Part shown: positions 37,851 through 50,730 of the stretch, piece after piece
Layout: the number at the start of each line of letters is the position of its first letter
Position numbering within the stretch: position 1 is the first letter of the stretch
From: the human T2T-CHM13v2.0 reference genome, Homo sapiens
Strand: one strand, 5' to 3'
Assembly (NCBI RefSeq): GCF_009914755.1
Contig: NC_060926.1
DNA: 64,000 nt
The notes under the pieces: generated by a model
Databases searched by the model: none
Seen by the model: the letters and a program-made list of their open reading frames with translations, nothing else
Told to the model about the DNA's origin: nothing
Position numbers and translations under genes: made by a program

Positions 37851-40800
37851 ACAAATTATTTACAAATCTAATATGTGGTATTTTTAATAGCTGTAATTAA
37901 AGAGGTTGTGTCTATGGAAACATCCTTTATTTGAAGACAGTTTTCGTTAGTCTGCAAGCAGCAATAAATATTTGACATGACAGGTGGAATGCTTATAATC
38001 ATTGTGAGAAAATGTAATGAAAATTATAACACTAGAAAGTTCTAAATTAATGAATAATTTAAATGTGCCAGAATTACCTCTTATTTTATAGGATTATCAC
38101 AGTTCACTGGAAAAAAAATGACAAGCCTTCTATATTTATTAGTTTTGAATGTTCCCATAAAGGTTTGAAGCAAAAACCAATACTTGCAATATTATCAGAG
38201 TTGAATGAATGTTATAATTTGCTTAGGTGTATACACTAGAGTGTCTGATTAGTTCACTTTTATAACATGAATAAAATGGTTTTTGAGATCTTTGAATTGT
38301 CATTTTTAAATATTTTAAATTCAAATATAATTTAGAAGCCTCATATAATTGGATCATATTATACTGGCTTACCATTATATGAAAAAAATGCAATTAAGGA
38401 TAGAACTATGGATGGTTACAACTTTAATGTACCTAACGTCATTGCTAAATTTAAACTCATGCCTTTTACTTTGATTTTTTAAAGAAAGTAATCCGTTGAT
38501 TAATGATGGTTGAAATTTATTTTCTCCTTGCATCACCCTAATTTTTGAAAGTGATAACAGGTCAGAAAACATCTGAGTAGTTTGTGAAGAAGCCAATAAC
38601 TTTTATGAATACATTAAGAAGGAAAAAATTTCAATATATCGCTAGAATTTAGTGAGAGACTGAAGTGAGGCTTTCAAATGCTTTCTTCCAAAGTTGCTCT
38701 CATAAAAACAAAGTAAATACTATAAATATTTGTATTTATGATACTATGGTCTTTTGAATTTTGAGATATATGTTTGAAACTAGTGTCTCATGAGCAATTT
38801 AATTGACAAATGGGTATATACACTAAGCTACCCTGAATGTCAACAAACTTGAGTTTGATTCTCACATAAGCTGAAAATTATAAAAAGGTTTTTATAACTT
38901 TGTCAACCTTTTCTCTCTACATGAAAATAAATGGTAATTAGTCTTCTAGCTTAGTAATACCAGTTAGTATTATAGCTAAAGAAAATAGCTAATAGTACAA
39001 AAGCATATGAAGAGAGAACAGTTCAAATTTAAGAATTAAAAAAATGTTTTCTAAATTTCTAACAATTGACTTAAGCAATTTTAATATTGGAACTTTTTAA
39101 TGATATTCATAAGCATTAGACAAATAACACACATTTACAAAATCTTCAGGTAAAACAGCCAAGAAAGTCATGTCCCTTTCTGAGGATAATTTATTAGCAC
39201 TTCACCTATGACAGTCACCAACATTAACTTTCAAATGAACTTTCCTAACTGCTAAAAATAGTGGGAACAATTTATTCCTGTAATGATTTTGCAAGTTGAG
39301 TATTCATTTAAATATCCATTATAATACATTAAAGATACAAACAGATATTAACTCATACAGCCAATTCTTTATGTGTCCAGACATATTCAGCAACCCTTCT
39401 CAAAGATTCTGGATTAAAAAATTATGTAAAAGAAGATGTATTATTATATAAGTGGTATTCTCTATAAACAAGGCAGCTAAAATATTACCTATGTGAAATT
39501 CCCATTAAATTTTGAAGAGCCAGTATTCATTATTTGTCTTGTCATTTAATTCATTCATTAATTGTGACCTCTATCTCAACATGATGATGTTCACAATGGC
39601 ATATGCCATTAATTATGTATGAGATTCATTAATTACTTTCCACTACATTTTCCAACTATACAAATAGCTTCTTTATCTAATGAATATTTCATAGGAATAA
39701 ATATTAATATCTACAAAAAGGTATATATGAAGAAATTCAATATTGTATGGAGGTGAAGTGTTGCCATTATATTGCCTTTCATTTATAAAATGTATAAGGT
39801 TTGTCAAACTGGTTTACATTGTGTAACACATTTAAAAATGTGAGCTATGAAGTAGGAGTTATAACTATTTCTATTGTACCAAATGGAACAAAATCATAAG
39901 GGAGGTGGTTGGAGAAAGAAGCAAAAAAGTAGAACAGTTGAGCAAGTACTATATAAGGCAAGCTCTATTAATAAGGAAATATATTTGGAGCCTTATCAAA
40001 ATCTTTGAAGAGCTGGATATTCTGTGGGAGCATATGAAATGATGTAGTCTCTCTACTGAGACGAATCCAGTGGACATAGTTTTTAAAGGCTTCACTTTTA
40101 GGTTCTGGCTTTGAAACTCCCCTTTCTCTATCTTACCTTGTTTATGAAGTAAAAAAGTATTTTAATATACTCAAATGAGCACTATTTTTTATGTGCCCAC
40201 AAAGAATGGAAGGAGAGTATCTGAAAATGCGGATATAGCAAACTGAGAGTCTTTGCCCTTCCATTATAAATATAGACAGCATTTATTAAGTTATTGCCCT
40301 GTATAAAATTCTGTAAGGTTAATGTAGTCCTCTGTTCTATGCTGCAGTAAGGAGGTTAATTCAAGACAACTAAGCTTTCAATTTTGTTACAAAGTGAAAG
40401 ACATTAGTCATAATCATTAAAACCAGCTAATGGAAAAGCAATGCAGTTATTACTTGGCATTAACAAAAATTTTCTTTAAAATGATAGAGTCTGGACTATA
40501 ATAGAATTTTACTTAATCTTCTTCTTATTGCCTTTACATTATAATATCCCCATTTTCTTAATAATTTAATATGATGTACTTGTTATTCTTTGTGATTTCT
40601 GAAACTAAAAATTGAGCTATAGAATACCACAAACTTAGTTCAGTCTTATTATCAGTTCTTCGCTGAAACTGCTGTATCATTAGAGAGATTGAGGGTTGGA
40701 GTAAAACAAAGAAAGTTAAACAGTAATCTACAATTTATTAGCATTACAATGACTGATGTAATATTCTTTTTAAAAACCTGTGAATGAAGTATATGGCTCA

Positions 40801-43004
40801 AAATTATAAATGCAAATTTGTGTTGTTATTAACTCAAATCTGTGCACTCATTATAGATAGCTATTTAATGTCTGTCCCCAGCACTTGGTGCAGTTTTAAT
40901 GGAAAATTTTACATCCTCTCACACATATAATTTTTATTAATTTTACGGTACAAACATTCTAGGCATTAGTTCATTTCAAAAGAAAACTATGTGCCAGAGT
41001 AATCAGAACCAATGAAAACAAAAAATAAACAAACATTTGAAAGAGCATCTATGATAAATACCTAGATATTAATCATTATGATAGTCATTTAAGGAATTCA
41101 TCTTTTTATTGACTAAGGTACAGAGTATGTGATGAACTATTTTCCACTGTTTCAGTTATAGATTTATTGTAGGACATGTCATGATTATTCTTTAACAAGA
41201 AGAAAGCCACATTTTGTCATGTTTAAAATTATGCATAAAGGAATTCTTAGAAAATGGTGGTAGACAGAAGCCTAATTCTGAATCTTCCCAAATCTGAATA
41301 TAAAGATATTTAGAACACCAATGGAAAATATTTGCAATAAATTTGATTGCAATGTATCTCTTCAAAACACACATACAAACAAATAGGGACAAACCAGTAA
41401 GTGCCACAAGGGTCGTCCAGTATCAATATCTGAGTAGAGAAAAATAAAAAGGGAAGTAATGGGACAAATGAAGATCCCAAGAACAGGAGAAACTAAAAAT
41501 AGCCATCAGATGCTTATCAGAGCTAAAATGTAACCACACGCCTTGTTCTTAGAAAAACAATGTCATCTCTTCCATTATAATGTGAGAATATGAAGAAAAA
41601 AGTCTTTAGAATCAGTTGTCAAGCAGTTCTGTGTTCCTATGTCACTGTGGATAAAGCCATCTGACGAGCTTCTACTATTTAATGTGTTATGTTTTCTTGT
41701 TAATTTTCAATAATGCATCAGTGTACATTCTTCTTGCTAAATCTTCGTACGTATCCATTATTTATCTCCTTAGAGTAACCTATTCGATTCTGTGTTCTTG
41801 GATCAAAGATATTCAAAACTTTTGATACATTATCTCTCAGCAGTTTAAAACTGATTTATACTTCATGCAGCAATGCATCAAAATACCATGCTTCCTAGTT
41901 ACGCAAAAAAGTGTCAATATACATCTGCTGACTAAATATGTAGATAGATGGTAAGTAGAGAGAGAGAGAGAGAGCGCGCGAGAGAAAGCAAATACAATTA
42001 GTTTCAGACCAGAATCTTTGGGAATTATTTCAGTCATAAAATTACATAACACTACTAATCTTAGAAATAAAGCCAGCATAAATCTCTCCCCTTTCCTTCT
42101 TAGTTATTGAAAATTAGAAATTTCAGCCTTTTCATGTCTTCGTACAAAACTTTTTGCTTTTTAATATAAGCTATATTGAAGTTTTATTTGGGGGTTCCAA
42201 TGTAAATAAGATTATTATTGTTTAATACATCTATGTAGCTGGGAGTAAAAATTTTCATTATTAAAATTCATTTCCCTTTTTTTTTAACACTACCAAATAA
42301 GTTTTTAAATCCGTTATTACCTAAGATGGTACAAATACTTAACAGTAGGATATTTTGAGACAAGAGTTTTAAGGGGATCACAATTGATAGAGTGAAAGTT
42401 AAAAAATGTTGAGTAGATTTGTTAAAGTAGTATTTCACAAGGCACTCCAAACAAGTCAAAATATGCTAAAATACTTTTATAAAAACTATTTTCATGGTTT
42501 TAATACGGTACATATGAATGCATCTTTCTTTCTGTTTTAGTCGATTAAGCTATAGAAGTAATATAGTTTCTTAGACAAATAATGCAGCATGCTACATTAT
42601 ATAGATTTTCTATCAACAAATAACACATAATGTTATATATAAAGAAAATTATAAATTATAAAATTCATATGATCAAGCATTTCTTCATGGATTGTTTCTT
42701 TTTCTTTCTCAGTATTTAAAATAATACCTATCAATGTAATTTATAGGATAAAATTATTCTATTTCTAATTTAACTAACGTATTATACTTGACATGATATA
42801 TGCCAAACTAATTTATAAATTTTACTGGGTTGTAGTACCGGTTACGTGACAGTATTAAAATGTTATTTCTAGATGCCTTATCTGAAAAATTGTCCAATCA
42901 ATTGTTCTGTTTCTTAAGTAGTCAAGGGTCTGTAATTAAAAATTTGCCTACAACATTCTCTTTTGAAATATGATAGGTTGATTCTCTCAAAATTAATTTT
43001 GTCC

Positions 43005-43200
43005 CACTAGCTTAGAACCTGCTGTCAAAACTGGCAGATCATAGGATTTAAATTGAAATCTTATTAAACTGAAAATTCCTTGGCCCCATACCTCCTACTT
43101 CTGTTGGAGTTAATGTGTCTGAAATAAGGATAAACATTCAAGTTGTCAAAAATCCAAATGGTATTTACTGGTCAGCCAGATTTGAGCACGATAGACTTAA
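43005..43200. mobile_element. MER5-like hAT-Charlie MITE relic
   Basis: aaaattccttggccccatacctcctacttctg...ggtcagccagatttgagcac. Confidence 0.45.
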
Positions 43201-43384
43201 TGGAGTATATAAATAACACATGTGCCAAGTGGCACTCTGCATGTAAAAGAAGAAAGAAAGGAAGAAAAAATGACCAATGAGGCCTGTTGCTGATTCCATA
43301 TATCAAATCTAGAGAAAAGGAAGTGAATTTTTCCTTAGAGAGGGTTCTAGGTGTAAGTACTTAGATCTGAGAGAGAAAAAATCT

Positions 43385-43424
43385 ACACACATGCACATAC
43401 ACAAGCTCATACACACACACACAC

Positions 43425-43464
<40 letters not shown>
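43385..43464. repeat. Interrupted (CA)n microsatellite
   Basis: Direct reading. Confidence 0.95.
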
Positions 43465-43466
<2 letters not shown>

Positions 43467-44614
43467 TGAGGTTGGGACCAAATAAAATAACTCACTTTGT
43501 CTCAGTAAAAATTTATTGAAATTATCAGACACCCAGAAATTAAAGCAGTATGAGGATTCAAGAGCAGAACCCAATAAAGACATTTAAAGACACAAAGCAC
43601 TAAGATGGTTATGATGCTCTTAACCAAGTAATTAAAAATAAAAATAATAGTCATCATAAATGTAAGATTATTTAAGTTCTAATATCTTATATGTGTGTAC
43701 TGTTTTCTGAAATATGAAATATAAAATGATTTTTTATTAAATACTATAGGCCACAATTTATTCAAATATTTTTCTTTGTACCTTCTTATTTCTTTGATTG
43801 ACTCCAATTATACCTATATTAAGGCTTTTACTAATTCTCTATTTATTTTGTGTGTCATTTTTCTCTTTTAGTTTCATTTTAAATAGTTTCTATGGCTTTA
43901 TCTTCACATTTACTAATTTTTCCTTCTGCAATGCCCAATCTGTCATGAAACCTCTCTAGCAAAATTTTCATCGCAGCTATTGTAGTTTTCACCTCTAGAA
44001 ATTTGTATATTTCTTTGCCTTCTATAAAGGCAAAACTCATTAAATCTTATACCTAGCTTTTTGAACTAATAGAATAATATTATACCATTTGTTTTTATGG
44101 TCTTTTCTGCTTACCCTAATCTGTGCAGAATCAATCAAAACCAACCCAGAACTGACTGAGTTCTGGGTTGGTTTTGACTGATTCATTTTCATTTTTCTTC
44201 TCATTCTTTGTGGTAGTTTCCTGGTTTTGGCATACTTGATGATCTTTTACTGAATGACAAATATTGTGAATCTTACTTTGTTGGTGCTGGATACTTACGT
44301 ATTATTATACATGTTCTTGAGCTTTGTTCTGGGATATATTTCAATTGCTTGGAAACAATGATGTTATTGCTTTTAAGATTTTTCAAGCTATACTGAAGTC
44401 ATATTTGTCGAGAACTTATTATCCTTAACTACTAGTCAAAATCTTGCTGATACTTTGAGTACTAATGTCTTATGAATTGTAAGGTTTTCCAGTCAAAATG
44501 ATGGAAACACGGCCTCAGATAAAATTTGTGACCCTGTTTGAGCTTAATGTACTGTTTTTTATAAGCATTTTTGTGATTCTTTCTGCAGCCTAAGTGATTT
44601 TCTCCCACACATGC

Positions 44615-44971
44615 ACATATGGTTTGGCTCTGTGTCCCCACCTACATCTCATCTTGAATTGTGATCCCCGTAATCTCCACGTGTCATGGGAGGGACCTGG
44701 TGGGAGCTAATTGAATCGTGGGGACAGTTTTCCCTATGCTGTTCTCATGATAGTGAGTTCTCATGGGAACCGACAGTTTCTGTCTGGCATTTGCCTGTTG
44801 ACATTCATTCTCTCTCCCGCTGCCCTGTGAAGAGGTGTTTTCCACCATGATTGTAAGTTTCCTGAGGCCTTCCTAGCCATGCAGAACTGTGAGCCAATTA
44901 CATATTTTTTTCTTTATGTACTACCTAGTCAAAGGTATTTTCTTATCACAGTATGAGAATGGACTAATACA
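44615..44971 (+). mobile_element. THE1 (C/D-like) solo LTR
   Basis: atatggtttggctctgtgtcccc...gagaatggactaataca; near-TSD catgc/catac. Confidence 0.9.
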
Positions 44972-45181
44972 CATACTCTAATCAGTACTCTGCTAAATAT
45001 CCTAAGAAGGCCTTATACAGATCACCAGAGTGCTTTCTCTGTGCAACTCTTCTCCTCTGTTATTCCTTTCTGAGAATTTTCTGCTTGGGTTATCTTCTGT
45101 CCCATATTCTAGAAAGTCTTTCATGATAGTAAGCTAAATTTCTAATTTTTCAGATACCACTATCCTTCATTGACTGATGAC

Positions 45182-45492
45182 TGTATTGGTCCGTTTTCAC
45201 TCTGCTGATAAAGACATACCCACGACTGAGTAATTTACAAAAGAAAGAGGTTTATTGTATTTACAGTTCCATATGGCTGGTAAGGCCTCTCAGAAAAGAG
45301 AGCTTGTGGAGGGAGACTCCCATTTTTAAAATTATCAGATCTCTTGAGACCCATTCGCTATCATGAGAACAGCACAGGAAAGACCCACCGCCATGATTCA
45401 ATCATCTCCCACCAGGTCCCTCCCACAACACATGAGAATTATGGGAGCTTCAGGATGAGATTTGGGTGGGAACACAGAACCTAACCATATCA
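45182..45492 (-). mobile_element. THE1B-like solo LTR with internal deletion
   Basis: tgtattggtccgttttcactctgctgataaagacataccc...aaccatatca; near-TSD atgac/gtgac. Confidence 0.9.
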
Positions 45493-45904
45493 GTGACCAA
45501 TCTTAAAAATGATTGTTTCATATATTTTATTCATTTTCTAGGTGTTTTCAACCAGAGGAAAATACACTCCCTATTGCTACAACTTAACTCTGAGCATAAT
45601 TTTTGATAAAGAAATATTGAAAATAAAATAAAGAGCAATGTAAAAGGTAAAATCTGTGGGTTAATCTTAAAAGAAAGATTGACAACACAAAAATAAAAAT
45701 AATGTGTTGTGGACTTTGAAATATATTTTAAAAATTGAAAAATACAATAAAAATAGCATGCATGTCAAAAATGGTCAATGAATGCCGTTAAGTATTCTAA
45801 AATTATTTTGTTTGGGGAGATGTAAATGTACCATTAATATTAGACATTCATAAGTCAAAGCTGCATGCTGTAATCTGGTCCAGAGTAACATTAAAAGAAT
45901 TATA

Positions 45905-46275
<371 letters not shown>

Positions 46276-47420
46276 CTAGCTAATGCAAAGGAATGTAAAA
46301 GTGAGGAGGAAAAAAATAACATAGGACAGGCAGCACAGAAAAATTACAGAATAATACAGATTATTTAAAAGTGAGATTTAAAAGTGAGATATTAGTTACA
46401 TCAAATATATCTCTGTTAAGTGTTCCAATTAAAACCCTAGCATTGCTAAACTGGATTATAAACATTAAAAAACATGATTCCACTATTTATCTAAAATAAG
46501 TGGCTACTAAATGTATAAAAATAATATTTGGAAAATACATAGTTTGAAAATATTAAGAAAAAAAGATAGTATAGCTATATTAATTACCAAAGTAAACATT
46601 GAGTCAAAAAGTATCGCTGGAGATAGAGAGGAACATTTCATTACGATAAAAATTTTAACTCACCAAGAAGGAAACAACAGTTCTAAATTATTAAGCATTT
46701 TTTATAAACATGACCTTCAAAAATAGGAAGTGAACACTGGAAAATCTACTAGAAAAAAGTAGACAAAAAAATTATGCTAGGGCATTATAACACATTCCTT
46801 AGTAACTTGATAACAAATAGTTTTTAAAAAAGTAAGAGTATACAAGATTTGGAAAACATGGTTAACAAATTTTATTTAATGTCAGTACAGAGAACTCTCA
46901 CCAAGCACAGAAAACCGATTCTTTTCAAGCACACTAGATAATTTTTAAGAAATCTTTCATATACTGTATCATAAACACATCTCGATGCATTTCAAAAGTT
47001 GATGTATTTAACTAGAAAAAAAGTAAAACACACATAACTTGAAAACACCCTATATTGAAATTTGAAATACATTTCTAAATAATACATAGGTTAAAGAAAT
47101 AATACAATGGAATTAGTAAACAATGTGAACTGAATGATAAAAAGGTCTTAAGCAGCAAAGTTTGTGGAATGCAAGACTATAGCCTACTTAGGAGGAAAAC
47201 CAAATGCTTCCTCAAATGCAATATTATAAGAAATGCTAAAAATATAAAATACATAATATAAAATACCAAAACATTAAGCGTAAATTGATTATTTTAAAAT
47301 AATGCAAAATTTTAAGAACATTCTTATCAATTAATAATCCCCAGTATCAATAAAATTTCAAAAACCTTATATCAATGTCTCTCTATATGCATAAAAAGCA
47401 TTTCATAAAATTCAACTTTA

Positions 47421-47864
<444 letters not shown>

Positions 47865-48169
47865 CTAAAAATGTGAAAACATTATTTGCATTCTATTATG
47901 AAAAGAAAATTGTCTATCTTGTCTAGATACATGTCCAGGTAAGAGAGACATTAATGAAGTTAGTAGTTTCTGGCACATATATTACAACTTGTAAAACAAA
48001 TTAGAAAAATTATCCTCCCAATTATAGTTTTTATTAGAAATAAATTTGAACATGTTATCATTTTACTTTTCTTTTGTGACCCTGCCTGTTTGTGTGCTTT
48101 TATCAGCTTTCAAATGTTTCCTAATATAAATAATTATAAAAGCACATGAAATATAAAACTCTATAAAAA

Positions 48170-48480
48170 CTCTACGTATTAGGGTAAATCATTATTTTTG
48201 TTATATAAATTTAGTTTATTTTGTTAATTTCTGTTTTTAGTTTTAATATTCTGCTTTAATAGTTTTATATTTTTAATATTCAGTTTCAATATTTTATTAA
48301 ATTTTATTATTATTAAATAATTTTATTTTATTTTACATACAATATTTAATGTTTTATATTCTAATATTATTTTTAATATTGTTTTTCTATTTTTAATATT
48401 CTGTTAATTTCTGTTAATTTCCATTTTAATTTATGTTGTATTTTATTTATTAAATTAAGCAGTAATTTGAATTGAAAGTC
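48170..48480. repeat. AT-rich low-complexity tract
   Basis: Recurrent ttttaatatt-like words, very low GC. Confidence 0.7.
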
Positions 48481-49113
48481 TCTTTTTCATTTTGTTTCTA
48501 TTTTTTTTGAAATTGTGACTGTTTCTAAAATGTATTTCTAACCCTAAATTCGTATTCACTAATAATTATTCCATCAATTTATTTTATATATACAGTATTT
48601 CGGTGTACACTGTAGGTTTTAGGTCTAATAATTTGTTTTTTTTCTTATATTCTAATAGTTACTTTTTATAACTTCACTTTTAATGTAGCACATTCCCTCC
48701 AGTAAGCAAACTTTACAATATTCAACTTTATTATAGAAACTAATGTATTTAGGGGTATTTTATTCTTTCCATCTGTATAAAATTTAAATGGTGTCCTTTG
48801 AAATGTTTTGTGTCCTTTATAGATATTTTTGGGGAAAATATTATACTATAGTAGGATTCTGTCATTATTAAGTGGGCTAACATTTCAAACAATATTCTCT
48901 TTCTTATTTTTATCTGTTCAATTTTAATTAAATGGTAGGAGATAAGTTGTGCATGGAAATATGGTTTTTATTTCATATTAATCAGTTTCAAAAAAGGCCT
49001 CTTTTATAAATTTCTAGTTAATATAGAATTAAGCAAACTCTTTCTATGCTATTTGGTGAACTCTTACCTGTAAACCTTTGACATTTTCACAATACACATT
49101 TTTTTTCCTTTTC

Positions 49114-50065
49114 TTCAAAAGTTGCATTAGTGAGGTTTTGGTTAGTTGACCCTGAGAAGTCAAATTAAATTAACATGTAAAGGAAAGATTTTTAGTACAG
49201 TTGATCACATAATGAGTACTAAATATTTATAAATGTACATTATTTCCAGGTTTATTTTTGACAAATTTGTTCCTGAATATACTGTAAGTTTATTTTAGAC
49301 ATTGTCCATTTATCCAAAACTCTAACTCTACCTTAGAATCAGCTTTATTAGAAATTGCTCATGCTTATTCAAAATGCAGACATATGTCTCCAATATCTTT
49401 TGCATGATAAATTCTTCAAGAGAGACACATTCCTTCTCCTTTTGCACATCCTACTCCCTTTGCTCCATCCTTTATCCTTAGCTCTGAGCACAGCAGCAGA
49501 CTATCAACCTAATTACCAACAACTTTATAATATTGTTAGCTTTGCAGTCTTACAAATGGCTTAGAGTTTGTTGGAGTGATAATGCCATCACTGCAGATTT
49601 GTAAGGAATAACAGAACTAGAAGTTGAGATTATTACTGGGCAATATTAAAAAATGTTGAAAAGAATGAGAATCAATTTAGATCAGTGAGTACAGAGTTTA
49701 AAGACTTTCAGTTCATCTGTTATTATTTAATATGAAACTAGTACTATTGGTTATCCTCTCTTCCTGAATGCCTTCAACATAAATTTACAGTTCAAGATAT
49801 TCATGTGATTAACTGTCCCTTAATCACTAATTGAAATGACTCAGGTAAAGCTCTAACCCTAATGTCTGGCATATTATGTCCTTTCAAAAAATAATGTACA
49901 TTTATAAATAATATACATTGTTATTATTGGAAATAATATACATTTATAAATATTTAGTACTCATTATGTGATCAACTGTACTAAAAATCTTTCCTTTACC
50001 TGTTAATTTAATTTGACTTCTCAGGGTCACGTAGCCAAAACCTCACTAATAATGCAACTTTTGAA
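49114..50065. repeat. Long inverted repeat pair: arms 49114-49248 and 49928-50065, 679-bp spacer
   Basis: Reverse complement of the right arm matches the left arm with 5 substitutions and one 3-bp indel. Confidence 0.95.
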
Positions 50066-50215
50066 ACTTTCAAAAATATTATTATCTTTCTACTATTCTT
50101 CTTATCTTTTTATTATTCAACATTAGTTTGGTTTGGTATTGTTTGGAAATGCTTTGGGGAATTGATAAACATTTGCATTCCTCCCTAGCCACAGTGGTGT
50201 TTAGGATTTTTAAGA

Positions 50216-50217
<2 letters not shown>

Positions 50218-50269
<52 letters not shown>
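50218..50269. repeat. Compound (CT)n(AT)n microsatellite
   Basis: Direct reading. Confidence 0.95.
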
Positions 50270-50464
50270 GTTTTTGAAATCGAGAAATCTATGACTATTC
50301 CTTTAATATATTGCATATCATTTACACATTAGTGCAAATTTCTGGTTAAAAAGTTGTATCACTTAATCTCATTAAAGTAAATCTTCATTAGAATATATTT
50401 GACCTATGGTACTTTACAGTAATACAACATGTTTTCTAAATTTTCACTGCTATATTCCTCATGA

Positions 50465-50730
50465 TATAGTGCATGGTGGTGAAGTATACCATAACAGCTA
50501 GTACGGTTCAGTGTCATGACCTTAATTCTTGTTAAGGCATCAGCAGTTTTAGCCATTAGTGTTTTTGCCCCATCACTGCAATGAGCAACATACTGGAAAA
50601 GTACGTAATTGTAATTGCTAATAGAATTTTGGTCGTATGAACCCCTAACAGAGAGTCTAGATGACTCCACAGGTTCTTAAGATTGATCATCTTAAGGAAG
50701 TTCTTGGGTCACACTTTGAAATCAGTTGCT
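50465..50730 (-). mobile_element. Charlie1-family hAT DNA transposon fragment
   Basis: Minus-strand peptide SDGAKTLMAKTADALTRIKVMTLNRTSCYGILHHHAL matches the hAT TDGA...HC.LHR.AL region; terminal cacactttgaaatcagttg resembles a Charlie TIR. Confidence 0.8.

Larger units (their letters stand above)
43780..45570 (-). mobile_element. Old L1M 5'/ORF1-side fragment, hosting two THE1 LTRs
   Basis: T-rich antisense L1M text (tcttcacatttactaatttttccttctgcaatgcccaatctg; tgaatcttactttgttggtgctggatac). Confidence 0.6.

Noticed and set aside
46363-46390. 13-bp tandem duplication atttaaaagtgag, and similar short imperfect duplications at ~18007-18060 and ~19130-19190
   Set aside because: Ordinary slippage-scale events
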